In this document: positions 1 to 11,620 of the stretch, in pieces | How positions within the stretch are numbered: the first letter of the stretch is position 1 | How the letters are laid out: each line of letters opens with the position of its first letter | NCBI GenBank assembly: GCA_963765205.1 | Contig: CAVXVB010000009.1 | Location: 1,312,001 to 1,376,000 of the forward strand | Direction: 5' to 3' | DNA: 64,000 nucleotides | Source: an uncultured Verrucomicrobiae bacterium | Lineage (GTDB): Bacteria > Verrucomicrobiota > Verrucomicrobiia > Opitutales > JABDGR01 | Made by a program: the position numbers and the translations under genes | The notes under the pieces: model-generated | What the model was told of the DNA's origin: nothing | Seen by the model: the letters and a program-made list of their open reading frames with translations, nothing else | Database searches by the model: none

Positions 1-3000
1 CGCGCGGACCAGTTGGATTACGCCGAAGCCGCGCGGGTGGTCGAGGACGCCTATCCCGATTTGAAACAAGCCCTGCGCACCGCTGCGGAACAGCAGCCCG
101 GCGACGGCGGCCGCTTCAATTTTCTGCAACTGCGCGTCATCCGCAGCGCCCTCCAGCACGCGAATTTAAACGACTGGAAACGTCAGCCAAAAAATCGCAC
201 GCGCTATTATTTCGCCGGCCATGCCGCCATTTTCGCCCTGGCCTTGGCGCTGACCCTTGGCCCCGCGCTGCTCCTGCTCGAGAACAAGGAGTTTCCCGTC
301 CCGCAAATCACCCTGCCGCACGCCAGCGTGACGGTTTCGCCCGGCAACGCGGAAGTCGAGCGCGGCTCGGTTGTGGCGGTGTCCGCGACCTTTGCCGGCC
401 ACATTCCGCGCGAGGCCCAACTGACCTGGCGCCAGCCCGACGGCAAAACCGGCTCCGTGGCGATGGGCCGCAGCCTGTCCGACCCGATTTTCGCAGTGAC
501 GCTGCCGCCGGTGAACACCGACGTGACCTACTCGGTGAATTACACGATGAACAAATTGTTGGGCGGTAACACGTCCACCGACCAATTCACGCTCAAGGTT
601 TTCGACCAGCCCGCGCTGCTGACCGCGAATGCGACGCTGGACTACCCGGCCTTCACCGGCCTGCCCAAGAAAACCATTCCCGACACGCGCCGCGTCAGCG
701 CCATCACCGGCACGCAGTTGCAATACGACTTCACGATGAACAAACCGATGAAGGACGTGACGCTGACTGACGACAAAGGCAACAAAGTGGCCGTCACCGC
801 CTCCAACCCGCAGCGCACGCAATTCACCGCCAACCTCACCATCACTCAGACCGAAAACCTCACCATGCACCTGGCCGACGATGCGAACCGGCCCAACCCT
901 GCGCCGACGGATATCCGTATCACCGCCGTGCCGGTTCAGCGCCCGGTCGTGGCCGTGACCTTCCCGGTGCGCGACCAGCGCGTCTCCCCCCTCGAAGAAG
1001 TCCATGTGCAGGCGACCGCCCGCGACCAGTTTGGGCTGCTCGATTACGGCCTCGCCTACAGCGTGGGCGCGGACGACCCCCAGTTTCTCTCGCTGAAATC
1101 AGCCGACGCCGCCAAGCCGGCCACCCCCGCCAATGCCACTGCCAATGCGACGCCCGGCAACACCACCAATTCCAAGCAGGCCTCCTTCGCCGATGTGATC
1201 AACCTCGAAGCCCAAAATGTCGAGCCTGGTGAACTGGTCACTTGGTTTGCCTGGGCCGATGACACGGGACCGGACGGCAAAGTGCGCCGCACCACCAGCG
1301 ACCTGGCCTTTGCCGAAGTGCGCCCACTCGAATCCATTTTCCATGAAGACGACGCCGCCGCCAGCGCGCAAGCGCCCTCGTCTTCTCAGCAGCAGCAACA
1401 ACAAGGCGCCAACCAAGGCCAAAATCCCACCCAATCGCTGCTCCAACTCGAACGCCAGATTTCCGTCGCCACCTGGAATATCAAATCCGAGGACCAGCCC
1501 GACGCCACCTTCAAGGATGATGTCGGCACGTTGAAGGACAGCCAGGACAGCGCCATCACGCAACTGGCCACCGCAGCCGAGGAGGCCACCACCCCCGCCC
1601 AGCAGGCCGCCGCCGCGGACGCCGCCAAATTCATGCAGCAAGCCGACGCGGGCCTCGCCGCCGCCGCGACCAAAAATTCGCTCGACCCGCTGACGGCGGC
1701 CTGGAGCGGCGCGCAAGGCGCGTACCAAGCACTGTTGCGGATGCAGGGCCGCGAATTCCGAGTGAGTCAGAACCGCAACCAAGGTCAGGGCCAGCAGCAA
1801 AGCAATCCTTTGCAGCAGCAGTTGGATCAACTGCAATTCCGCCAGCAACAAAACCGTTATCAAACGCAGAACAGCGCGCAAGCTCCCGCCCAGCAACAAA
1901 ACCAGATGCAGGCGCAAAGCCGCTTGAATGACCTGGCCCGCCGCCAGCAAGACCTCAACCAGCGCCTCCAGGAAATGCAGACCGCCCTCGCCGCCGCCCA
2001 GGACCAGCAGCAGCGCGACCAAATCCAGCAGGAATTGCAGCGCCTCCAGGAGGAGCAGCAAAACATGCTCAACGACCTCGACCAGGCCGGCCAGAATCTG
2101 GATCAGTTGCAGGCCAACCAGCAGACCGACCAAGCCCGCCAGCAACTGGACCAGGCCCGCCAGAATATGCGCCAGGCCGGCCAGCAACTCGCGCAAAACC
2201 AGGTTTCCCAAGCCCTCGCCGCCGGCACCCGCGCCAACCAGGCTCTTCAGCAAACCCAACAGGCCTTGCACGCCAACTCCGCCAGCCAGTTTGCCAATGA
2301 AATGAGCAACGCCCGCCAGGAAGCGCGCGATTTGTCCAACCAGCAGCAGCAAGACGGGCAGCAACTCACGCAACTGGCGCAAAATCCCACCCAGGCGCTC
2401 GACACCACGGCGCAGCGCCAGGCCCTCTCCCAAAACTTTAATACGCAGGCCGGAAACCTGAGTAATTTGATGACGCAGCTTCAACAAATCGCGCAGGACA
2501 GCCAGGACGTTGAGCCGGGCCTTAACCGGCAGTTGTATGATTTGTTGCGTCAGCAATCCTCGTCGGCCAATGCCACCGTCACGGACCTGAAGAATGGTTC
2601 GCAGATGTTGAACAACGGCGCGCTCGCGCAGACGCTCCCGTTGCAAAACGACGCCGCCCGCAACCTCGACGAACTGCGCCAGGGCGTCGAACGCGCCGCG
2701 CAATCCGTCGTCACCGACGACACCTCAACACTGCGTTACGCGCAAAATGAACTCAATAATTTAACCCAACAGTTGTTGCGCGACCAGCCCGCCACCAGCG
2801 ACCAGTTCCGCAACGCCGCCCAGTCCGCCGCGCCCGGAACCAGCGCCGCAAATCCGGGCAGTGCGCAAAATCCTTCGAGTGGAAATAATGCCCAAAATGG
2901 AAACAACGGCGGCAACAATCAAACGGCCCAGGACGCCAACAGCAATTCCTTCCGCGATGCCGGCAACGCTCAGGATCAGGGCAATCAGGCCGGTCCGGGT

Positions 3001-4040
3001 CAGCAACCCGGCCAAGGACGAGGTCGCCAAGGCGCCCAAGGCCAGGGTCAAGGCCGGGACAATAACCAAACCGCGCAAGATAATGGAAATGGCACGCAAC
3101 CGGGCCAGGGCGGCCAGGGACAGGGGCGACAGGGTCAGCGTGGTCAAGGCCAGGGACAGGCTGGCGCTCAAGTCGCTGAAAACAGCCAAGGCAACCAACC
3201 CGGTCAAGGCCAAGGTCAGGGCAATGACCAAACGGCGCAGGATAATGGCGGCCAGCCCGGCCAAGGCGGCCAAGGCCAGGGTCAAGGTCGGCAAGGCGGA
3301 CGAGGTCGCCAAGGTGGTCAGGGTCAAGGCGGCGGCCAAGTGGCCCAAAACGGTCAAGGTGGACAGCCGGGACAGGGACAAAGTGGCCAAGGTCAAGGCC
3401 GGCAAGGCGGACGCCAAGGTGGCGGTCAAGGTAGCGCGGGGCAAGCGGGCACCGATCAGGCCAACGGGCAGGACGCCAATCAACTCGCCGCCCAAGACCA
3501 GCCGGTTGACCAACCGTTCGACACCGGCCAGGCTGACCAGCCCGGCAACGGTGGCCGTGGCGGCCGTGCCGGGCGCGGTGGACGCGGCGGCCAGCGCGGC
3601 GGCAATCAAGCAGCCAATGGCGGCGCGCCGCAACTCGCCCAACAACTTGGCGGCAATGCAGGCGGAGGCGGCGGTCAGGGTTCTTTGACAACCGACGCGA
3701 CCGGCGGCCCGCTCACCGGCAATAATACTTTCGCCGATTGGGCCGACCGCCTGCGCACCGTGCAAAACCTCCTTGACGACCCCACCCAGCGCCAGCAAAT
3801 CGCCGACGCGCTGGCCCAGGCCCAGGATTTGCGCAGCAATTACATCCGCCACAGCCAGCTTCCGCAATGGGACACCGTGTCGAACAATGTCATCTCCCCA
3901 CTCAGCAAGGTCAGCGACGCCCTGCGCCAACAGCTGACCACCGAGGAGCAGCCTGAAGCCTTGGAGCCCGTGGATCAGGACCCGTGCCGGACAAATACGC
4001 GGACTCCGTGAAACGCTACTACGAGGCGCTTGGCAACTAA
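1..4040 (+). CDS. Large membrane-anchored coiled-coil protein with Q/G-rich low-complexity region (DUF4175-like); 5'-truncated by the window, apparent frameshift near 3983
   Basis: ORF 13..4011: TM helix, Ig-like beta region, long Q-rich helical repeats and GQGQ repeats. Adding one C at ~3983 gives the typical C-terminus DPVPDKYADSVKRYYEALGN ending TAA at 4040. Confidence 0.7.
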
Positions 4041-4079
4041 GCCCGCCCCACCCCACTTTACCCCTGTTTTTTTGTCACG

Positions 4080-6469
4080 ATGCCGCGGGCGCTTGCTTCG
4101 ATCGTTTTTCCTCCGGGCACCTGGTGGTGGGTGGCGCTGGCCGCCGCCGTGGTGCTCGTCCCGCTGGCGCTGGTGGCCCTGCGCCCGGCCCACACCCGCA
4201 AAACCACCCTGGCCGTCGCGCTCGCCTTGCGCACGCTTGGCATCGGCTTGCTCCTGCTTTGCCTGCTCGACCCGCAATGGGCCACGCCGCGCGCCAAGCC
4301 CGGCGCCAATTTTATCGCCCTCGTGGCCGACAACAGCGCGAGCCTGACGATCACCGATGCTGGTGCGGCGCAATCCCGAGGCCAGCAAGTCAAAACCGCG
4401 CTCACCAGTCCCGACAGCCACTGGCTCGCGTCGCTGGCCGAGCAGTTCCAGATCAAGCCCTACATCTTTGACACGAACCTCCAGCGCGTGCGCGATTTCT
4501 CCGGCCTGGATTTCACGGGCGAACGCACTTCGCTTGGCGGGGCGCTCCACGAGGTGCAGCAACGCCTTGCCGGCCAGCCGCTCGCGGGCATCGTGGTCTT
4601 TACCGACGGCGATGCGACCGACGTGTCCGAGTTCGCCCAGGCGCTGGGCCACGTCCCCATCTATCCCGTGCTCGTCGGCAACGCCACCGGGCTGCGCAAC
4701 GTGCGCCTGGCCCAGGTGGACGTGCAGCAAACCGCCTTCGACGACGCCCCGGTTTCCGTGCGCGCGGAAGTCGAAGGCGAAGGCATCGGCACGCAGGCTT
4801 TGTCGGTCGCGGTGAAACCGCTCAACGCGCCCGCCCCGAAAAAGAACGAATCCGATCCAACTCCCACTCCGCAGATTACGCATTTGGTGGCCGACAACGA
4901 GCCGGTGGATGTGTCCTTCGACTGGCACCCCCTCGGCTCCGGCCCGCAGTTTTTCAACGTGTCTGTCGGCTCGGCGGACGGCAAGCCGCTCGACGAGGCG
5001 ACGACCGCCAACAACCACCGCATGATCATGGTGGACCGCGGCCGGCCCGCCTACCACATCCTCTACGTCACCGGCACCGTCAACACGGACTATAAATACC
5101 TCAAGTCCGCCCTCGCAGATGATCCGCAAATGGACATCGTAGGCATCATCCGCGAAGCCAAGGGCACGCCCAAATGGGCCTTCATCGGGCACGATGCCGA
5201 CACCGTCAACGCCTTCTTCGCCGGCTCCGACCAGGCCAAGGACGATTCCCAGGCGCCCGACCAGCCGGTCTTGCGCGTGGACAACTACCGCGACGTGCGC
5301 GAGCGGATTGAATTGCAATCCGGCTTTCCCACCAGCCCCGCCAAACTTTACGCCTACGACGCCGTGATCCTTTCCAAAGTCGAGGCCTCCTTTTTCACCA
5401 CCGACCAGTTGGCGTTGCTCCGCCGCTTCGTCGCGGAGCGCGGCGGCGGCCTCCTGGTGCTCGGCGGTGTGGATTCCTTTGAGGACGGCGGTTACCTCAA
5501 TACCCCGCTGGCGGCCGCCCTGCCCGTTTACCTCGACCGCAAATCGGCGACCATCCCGCAAGGCGATTTGGTCTGGAATCTCACGCGCGAAGGTTGGATC
5601 GAGCCCTGGATGCGCGTGCGCGCCACCGAGGCGGACGAACACGACGCCCTGGTCAGCGCACCACATTTGCTCGTCGCCAATGCGCTCAATGGCGTCAAGC
5701 CCGGTGCGACCGTGCTCGCCACTGTCACCGACGAGGCGGGTAAAGTGTTCCCCTGGTTCATCGAACAAAATTACGGCTCGGGGCGCGTCGCTTGCCTGAC
5801 CGTGGGCGACATGTATGAGGGCCGCATCGGCGATGCGAAACTCATGACGGACTTGAAGCGCTTCTGGCGCCAGGTCAGCCGCTGGCTCGTGACCGACGAC
5901 CCCGCGCCCGTCGAATTGAAAATCGAGCCGTCTTCCGATGGCCGCAGTGTTTCCCTGCGCGTGACGGCCCGTGACGATGAATACCGCCCGCTGGATTTGG
6001 GGAAGGCGACGGTGAAGGTTTCGCGCGTCGCCGCCTCCACCTCGGCCACCGCCTCCACTTTCCAGGAAGTCCCCCTCACCGCCGAGCCGGTGCCGGACGC
6101 GCCGGGCCAGTTTGCCGCGACCTTCACGCCGCCGGAATCCGGCGCCTACCTCGCCGAAGCCGTGGTCGTGGACCGCGCCAACAAGGAAATTGGCCGCGCC
6201 CAATCGGGCTGGGTGGACGACCCCGCCATCGAGGAATTTCAATCGCTCAGACCGAATCGCCCGTTGATGGAGGAAGTCGCGCGGCGCACCGGCGGCCAGG
6301 TCATCCCGTCGAACAACTGGACCAGTTGCCCAAGCTGCTGCAAAATCACACCGCCCCCATCACCGAGGATGACCTGCACCCGCTCTGGAACCAAAGCGGC
6401 GTCTTCCTCGCCGTGTTGCTGTGCTTTCTCGCCGAATGGGGCTGGCGCCGCTGGAAAGGCCTGCCATGA
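4080..6469 (+). CDS. Membrane protein with vWA-like and class I glutamine-amidotransferase-like domains; apparent frameshift near 6308
   Basis: Two N-terminal TM helices, DNSASL and FTDG vWA-like motifs, YDAVIL...GGGLLVLGG segment. The shifted frame gives C-terminal ...LLCFLAEWGWRRWKGLP* whose stop overlaps the next ATG (ATGA 6466-6469). Confidence 0.7.
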
Positions 6470-7569
6470 AACGCCTCTGGATTTTTGCCCTCGCGGCGTT
6501 GTTTGCGGCCTTCACCCCCGCGCGAGCCGCCCCGGCCACCGCCGATGTCTGCGTCGTCGTCGGCGCCGCAGGCGACGACACTTACGCGCCCGGCTTCGCC
6601 GCCGCCGCGAAAAAATGGCAGGACAATTGCCAGCAAGCCGGCGCGACCTGCACCGTCATCGGCTTTGACGACCAGAAAGACGCCGACCCCGCCAAGAACA
6701 CCCTTGACCGCGACAAATTGCGCGACTGGATTGCCGCGCTCGACCCGAATTTGACCACCCCGGTCTGGATTATTTATATCGGCCACGGCACTTTCGACGG
6801 CAAGGACGCGCGGCTGAATTTGCGCGGCGTGCATATTTCGGCGGTGGAACTCGCCGCGCTGCTCAAGCCCGTGAAACGCACCCTCATCTTCGTGGACGGC
6901 AGCTCGGCCAGCGCGCCCTTCATCAACGCCCTCTCCGCGCCCAATCGCATCATCATCACCGCGACCCAAACCGGGCGCGAAGTGGACTACGCGCGCTTCG
7001 GCGAGCTGTTTGCCACCGCCATCACCGACCCCGCCGCTGACCTGGACCAGGACGGGCAGGTGTCCGTGCTCGAGGCCTTCGTCACCGCCGCGCAGCGCGC
7101 CCAGGATTTTTACGCCGAAAACGACCGCATGGCTACCGAGCACGCCCTCATTGACGACAATGGCGACAAACGCGGCACGCCCGCGAGCTGGTTCCAGGGC
7201 ACGCGCCTCGTGCGCAAACCGCAAGGCAATGTCGCTCCCGACGGCGATTTTGCGAAGAACATTGCCCTCATCACCAGCGCCGCCGAGCGCGCCATGACGG
7301 ATGACGACCGCCGGCTCCGCGACCAATACGAAAAACAACTCGACCAACTCCGCGGCCAAAAAGCCAACCTGGACGAAGACGACTACTACGCCCAACTCGA
7401 AGTCATCCTGCGCAAACTCGCGGCGATTTACGTGAAAAACTCGCCGACTCCGGCGCCTGCGGAGGCCACGCCCGCCCCGGCACCCGCGGCCGTCGCGCCG
7501 CCGCCCGCCGATTTGGCTCCCCTGGCGTCCCCCGCTCCGACCACCAGCCCGGCCGCAACCGCTCCGTAA
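6466..7569 (+). CDS. Secreted hypothetical protein, caspase/peptidase C13-like fold
   Basis: Signal peptide MKRLWIFALAALF...ARA; IYIGHG motif, DGSSASAPF, DLDQDGQVS EF-hand-like loop; Pro/Ala-rich tail. Confidence 0.55.
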   Translation: MKRLWIFALAALFAAFTPARAAPATADVCVVVGAAGDDTYAPGFAAAAKKWQDNCQQAGATCTVIGFDDQKDADPAKNTLDRDKLRDWIAALDPNLTTPVWIIYIGHGTFDGKDARLNLRGVHISAVELAALLKPVKRTLIFVDGSSASAPFINALSAPNRIIITATQTGREVDYARFGELFATAITDPAADLDQDGQVSVLEAFVTAAQRAQDFYAENDRMATEHALIDDNGDKRGTPASWFQGTRLVRKPQGNVAPDGDFAKNIALITSAAERAMTDDDRRLRDQYEKQLDQLRGQKANLDEDDYYAQLEVILRKLAAIYVKNSPTPAPAEATPAPAPAAVAPPPADLAPLASPAPTTSPAATAP

Positions 7570-7653
7570 ATTGATGGATTATATCCATTCTGAATTATTT
7601 TGACGCATTTTGAATCGCGGCAACGCCGTCACGAAACGCGGGTAGGTAACGCG

Positions 7654-7716
7654 GGTAGGGACGGCTCTCCGAGCCGTCCGCGGATCCCGCCTAAGCGGGA
7701 GAGTGGCGTCCCGACC
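7654..7716. repeat. GTAG-family REP pair, second copy disrupted by a TCCCGC/GCGGGA hairpin
   Basis: GGTAGGGACGGCTCTCCGAGCCGTCCG (7654-7680) followed by CGGA[TCCCGCCTAAGCGGGA]GAGTGGCGTCCCGACC. Confidence 0.6.
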
Positions 7717-7784
7717 AAAATGCATCAATACCAGATTGCGAAAGGGGTTGCATAGATCGCCCAAAGAAACGTAAAAATGTCCCC

Positions 7785-8423
7785 ATGAAGCCTAAAAACT
7801 TCATCGTGATTGCCCTGGTCGTTGCCATTCTGTGTCTCGGCCTCTGGTGGTTCACGCGGTCAAAGGCGTCTGCGCCGGAAAAAACCGCCGTGGCTAAATT
7901 GCCTGCGCCAAGTCAAGTCGAAGCACCCAAGTATGTCGCGCCCTCGACGATTGCCCCTCCTCTCGCGCCGCCTGCAGCAAAACCCGACGCTGCGCCAATT
8001 GCCGCCGCCCACCCCACTGCCGACTCGTCCCCAGACCCCAACGCCGACCCCCAAGCCGATTTGAAAACCGCCATCCCGGACATCGCGCGCATTAAACGGG
8101 CTGGGGACATGTTGGCGTTTGCGCAAACTTACACTCCACCTGACGAATTAGACCCTCAAGATATCCAAATTATACAAAAGTTTCAGGCCGAATTTGCCAA
8201 GGATCCGGGTTTGAAAGAGAGGACCCAGCCGTCTGCTGAAGCGGAGGCACAGGCTTGGGAAGCACTCGAAGAGCAGACCCCGACCCTTAACTCAACCGGC
8301 GACGAAGCCACCTATACATTCACTTCGCCTCCTGAACCCGACGCGGGACAACCTGTTAGTATCGAAACAACGATTGTCTTTTTAATAATCAACGGCAAGT
8401 GGTATGTGAAAATTAAGAAATAA
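7785..8423 (+). CDS. Hypothetical protein with N-terminal membrane anchor and Pro-rich linker
   Basis: 212 aa ORF with ATG start and hydrophobic N-terminal helix; occupies its own space between other genes. Confidence 0.7.
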   Translation: MKPKNFIVIALVVAILCLGLWWFTRSKASAPEKTAVAKLPAPSQVEAPKYVAPSTIAPPLAPPAAKPDAAPIAAAHPTADSSPDPNADPQADLKTAIPDIARIKRAGDMLAFAQTYTPPDELDPQDIQIIQKFQAEFAKDPGLKERTQPSAEAEAQAWEALEEQTPTLNSTGDEATYTFTSPPEPDAGQPVSIETTIVFLIINGKWYVKIKK

Positions 8424-8495
8424 GCGTACTAATCAACCTAGGTTTTTCATCCCTATAATCCCACCTAAAACTCAAACCGTTCGACCAGTTTCCGA

Positions 8496-10964
8496 TTACG
8501 GCCCGGCGTCCAGCACTGCATCGTAATCCCAGGCAATACTCACGTCTTTGATCCGCAGGACATCGCTTCCATCAGCAGGGAACGCGGGCCAAGCGGTTTT
8601 TTCCAAGAAGATTTTGGTGTCCTGGCGCAGCGGGAGAATTTTCAAATCGAGGCCCTTCGCCAGTTCGTCCGGGGTGAAGCGCCAGAGGCCGATTTCCCAA
8701 GTGGTGCCCTTGTAGAAATTGTCGTCGGCGAAGCGGCTCCCGGCGTAGAGGCGCGCGACATCGCCTTCATAATTGATTTGCAGGACGGGCCGCGCGTGAA
8801 CGTGCGCAAGCAGGTCGGCGGGCATTTTCAAGGTCCAGTCCGCCGCGCGGTCGAAATCGGCGTCGGCGGGTTCCGCGAGGTTTTTCTTGCTGCCCATTTG
8901 CGCGGGCTGCGACGGCCCGGCGGGTTTGGTCTGGGTCAGCTCCACCGCGGCTTTCACTTCCGGCACCGAGGCAGTGAACTGCTGAAAGATGCCGTCCATG
9001 CCCGCCGCACTAAAGCCGGCGGGGTTGCCGCCAAGCGCGGGAAACACGCCCACTTTGAGGTCCGCGGGATTGCGCGCGGTGAGATGGACTTGATCCCCAT
9101 CGAAGAACAAACCAGCGGAGGAGAGAAAGAACCGATCCTTTCCGGCGACCTTCGCCTGATAAAGATTGAGCGCCTGCTCGCGCGTGAGTACTACGATTTG
9201 CGTGGCCTTGCCGGCGTGGGTCACGCGGATGGCCGCATCCGTTCCAGGCATGAGGCCGCTGATGTAGGTGGTGCCGCCGTCTTTGGAAATCGTCGCCTTG
9301 GGCGCGTCCACCGTGTCGCCGTCGGCCAACGCAAAGGAAAACTCGGGCGCGGTGCCCAGCCAGGCAAAGAAAATATAGGTATCGGGGTCGCTAATTTTGC
9401 CCACCAACTCAGCAGTCGCGGATTGCAGGGTGATGCCGTTCACGTCGAGATTCACCGGCCAAATGGTGTATTCGCCATAAGGAATCGTGGTCGGCGTGTG
9501 CGGCACCGTGACCGCCCCGCCGGGCAGCTTGAGCGAAACTTGAAAATCCTTGTGTTCATTCAGTCCGTAATTGCGTTCGTAGTTGTTGATGAAAATGAAC
9601 GCCGCTTTGCCATCCGCGCGGGTGGTAACGCGCGCGGTCGTGTAATCGCTGGTGTTGGCCGGCTGTTGGTCGGCAAAATACGCGGGCATCGGCGCCAACT
9701 GCGCGCCGAAATCATTCAGAAACAAATGCAACACCTTGGTCGTCCCAAACGAGGGATGAAATTGACCGAACTCGCCGAGCGGGGCCTGGAAATCATACGA
9801 TTTCTGCTCCATGTCGTTGTAGCCTTTACCGTCGGGCTGCGACTGCGTTTCCTGGAGCGACGTTTGGCCGTCGGGGTTGGTGCCGCCGTGATACATATAG
9901 TAGCCGAGCAGCGTGATGCCGGAACCGATTTTCACCAAGGCCGCCGCGGTCGAATCATCGGCATACATGATGGGCCGGCGATGGTAGGCGATGGCCATGC
10001 CGCCGCCCATCTCAGCCGTCAGAAACGGAAAGCCGGCGAACTTCTCGTCGTAGCCGGGATATTTTTCGCCGAGATTATTGCCGACATTGTCCTCCGCGCG
10101 ATGTGTGTCGAAAAAGAAATTCACGTTGGGCGGGAGTTCTTTCTGGCTGGCCGCCCAGAATTGCTCGGTGTAGCCGCCAAAAACCGGCAGGTAGCCCGCC
10201 GCGGGGAACGTCGCGCGATCCCAGCCAGTGACATCGTAAAACGGCGCTTCGAGGCCCGCCGCCAGCGCCAGTTGCTTTAATCGCGCAAGATGGTCGGCGC
10301 TGCCCTTGAATTCATTTTCGAGCTGCACGCCGATGACCGGGCCGCCGTCCTTCCACAGCAGCCCCTTCAATTGCTGGCCGATCTGGTTGAAATACGGCGT
10401 CACATCCGCCAGATACGCCGCGTCGTTGGTGCGGGTGCGGGTGCTGTCCTGCAACACCCAATCGGGAATGCCACCGTTGCGCACCTCGGCATGGTCCCAC
10501 GGCCCGATGCGCACCCAGACATACATTCCATGCTTCGCGCACAACTGCACGAACTGGCGCAGGTCTTTATTGCCCGCAAAATCAAACACCCCTTTTATTT
10601 CCTCGTGGTGATACCAAATAATATAACAGGATACGATGTTGATGCCCCCGGCCTTCATCTTGAGGATTTCGTTTTCCCACTCCGCCGCCGGGTAACGTGA
10701 ATAGTGAAACTCGCCCATCACCGGAAAGAACGGCTGGCCGTCGCGCGTGAAGTAGCGGCTGTTGACCGACAACACGTGCCCGTCGGGCGACTGGCCCCCG
10801 ACCGAAAACGCCAACGCCGTGGGCGCGGCGGGCGGCACACTAGCGTCAACGGTGACGACTTCCGCGCGCACGCTGACCTGCGCAACGGCGGCCAGGGCAA
10901 GGAGCGCAAACCGCGCTGACCGGACAAGGGATAAACAAATGTTGCTATTCGGAGTATGAATCAT
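8496..10964 (-). CDS. Beta-galactosidase, glycoside hydrolase family 35
   Basis: Signal peptide; GEFHYSR, KMKAGG, RIGPW, QLENE (acid/base), AEMGGG (nucleophile), YYMYHGGTN, SYDFQAPLGEFG motifs. Confidence 0.9.
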   Translation of the reverse strand: MIHTPNSNICLSLVRSARFALLALAAVAQVSVRAEVVTVDASVPPAAPTALAFSVGGQSPDGHVLSVNSRYFTRDGQPFFPVMGEFHYSRYPAAEWENEILKMKAGGINIVSCYIIWYHHEEIKGVFDFAGNKDLRQFVQLCAKHGMYVWVRIGPWDHAEVRNGGIPDWVLQDSTRTRTNDAAYLADVTPYFNQIGQQLKGLLWKDGGPVIGVQLENEFKGSADHLARLKQLALAAGLEAPFYDVTGWDRATFPAAGYLPVFGGYTEQFWAASQKELPPNVNFFFDTHRAEDNVGNNLGEKYPGYDEKFAGFPFLTAEMGGGMAIAYHRRPIMYADDSTAAALVKIGSGITLLGYYMYHGGTNPDGQTSLQETQSQPDGKGYNDMEQKSYDFQAPLGEFGQFHPSFGTTKVLHLFLNDFGAQLAPMPAYFADQQPANTSDYTTARVTTRADGKAAFIFINNYERNYGLNEHKDFQVSLKLPGGAVTVPHTPTTIPYGEYTIWPVNLDVNGITLQSATAELVGKISDPDTYIFFAWLGTAPEFSFALADGDTVDAPKATISKDGGTTYISGLMPGTDAAIRVTHAGKATQIVVLTREQALNLYQAKVAGKDRFFLSSAGLFFDGDQVHLTARNPADLKVGVFPALGGNPAGFSAAGMDGIFQQFTASVPEVKAAVELTQTKPAGPSQPAQMGSKKNLAEPADADFDRAADWTLKMPADLLAHVHARPVLQINYEGDVARLYAGSRFADDNFYKGTTWEIGLWRFTPDELAKGLDLKILPLRQDTKIFLEKTAWPAFPADGSDVLRIKDVSIAWDYDAVLDAGP

Positions 10965-11073
10965 GGGAGAAAAGTGTGTTTGACAATTTACCTTACCCCG
11001 CGACGTGTCAATCCGGGCATTTTCGGGTACAACCTGCTTAACTTTTCTCCCAGTTTATACCTGAAAAACAGAA

Positions 11074-11103
11074 AAGGCCCGCCGGAAAATTCCGGCGGGC
11101 CTT
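11074..11103 (-). terminator. Intrinsic terminator hairpin (duplicate copy)
   Basis: AAGGCCCGCCGGAA-AA-TTCCGGCGGGCCTT, followed by a T-rich run on the minus strand. Confidence 0.7.
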
Positions 11104-11116
11104 CGACAAAAAGAGA

Positions 11117-11167
11117 TGCAGGGGCTGGATTTGAACCAGCGATCCCGCGGCCGCGGGATTATGAGCC
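11117..11167 (-). pseudogene. Duplicated 3' half of tRNA-fMet, interrupted by a 16-bp palindrome
   Basis: 11117-11142 identical to 11431-11456 and 11159-11167 identical to 11465-11473; TCCCGCGGCCGCGGGA lies between. Confidence 0.85.
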
Positions 11168-11390
11168 GTGCTGCGACTCGAGGAAACAACCGTTTCGGTC
11201 AAGTAGCGACTGAAGACCGCCGCCGCCCTTTTGGCGCTTGAGCAAATTTTCCAATTTCCGAGCCGAACCAAGGGGCATGATCAGCCGTCGAGCCACATTT
11301 TCACTGAGTCCAACATAACGGCGACCCTCATTGTTTTGCAGAAGGTAAACCTGATGACTTTTGCCTTGGTTAATGGCTATAAATAGGGAA

Positions 11391-11417
11391 GGCCCGCCGG
11401 AAAAGTTCCGGCGGGCC
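11391..11417 (-). terminator. Hairpin terminator downstream of tRNA-fMet
   Basis: GGCCCGCCGGAA-AAG-TTCCGGCGGGCC directly 3' of the tRNA. Confidence 0.65.
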
Positions 11418-11429
11418 CGTGAAAAAGAG

Positions 11430-11503
<74 letters not shown>

Positions 11504-11524
11504 ATAAAAAGCGTGTAGAGGGTC

Positions 11525-11553
11525 ACTTTGTCCGCGCTACGGCCCGTTGTCAA
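11525..11553 (-). promoter_or_regulatory. Putative sigma70 promoter of tRNA-fMet
   Basis: TTGACA-N17-CAAAGT on the minus strand, ~20 nt upstream of the tRNA. Confidence 0.5.
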
Positions 11554-11620
11554 GCCGCGTTTGCGCGCGTAGTGTTGGCTTGATTTCTCAATTCTTAAAT
11601 CATAATTCTTAATTCGCTCC

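Noticed and set aside
2830..3680. Repetitive DNA as a CRISPR array or mobile repeat
   Set aside because: Repeats are codon-phased, degenerate at third positions and encode G/Q-rich protein; there is no repeat-spacer structure and no cas gene in the window.
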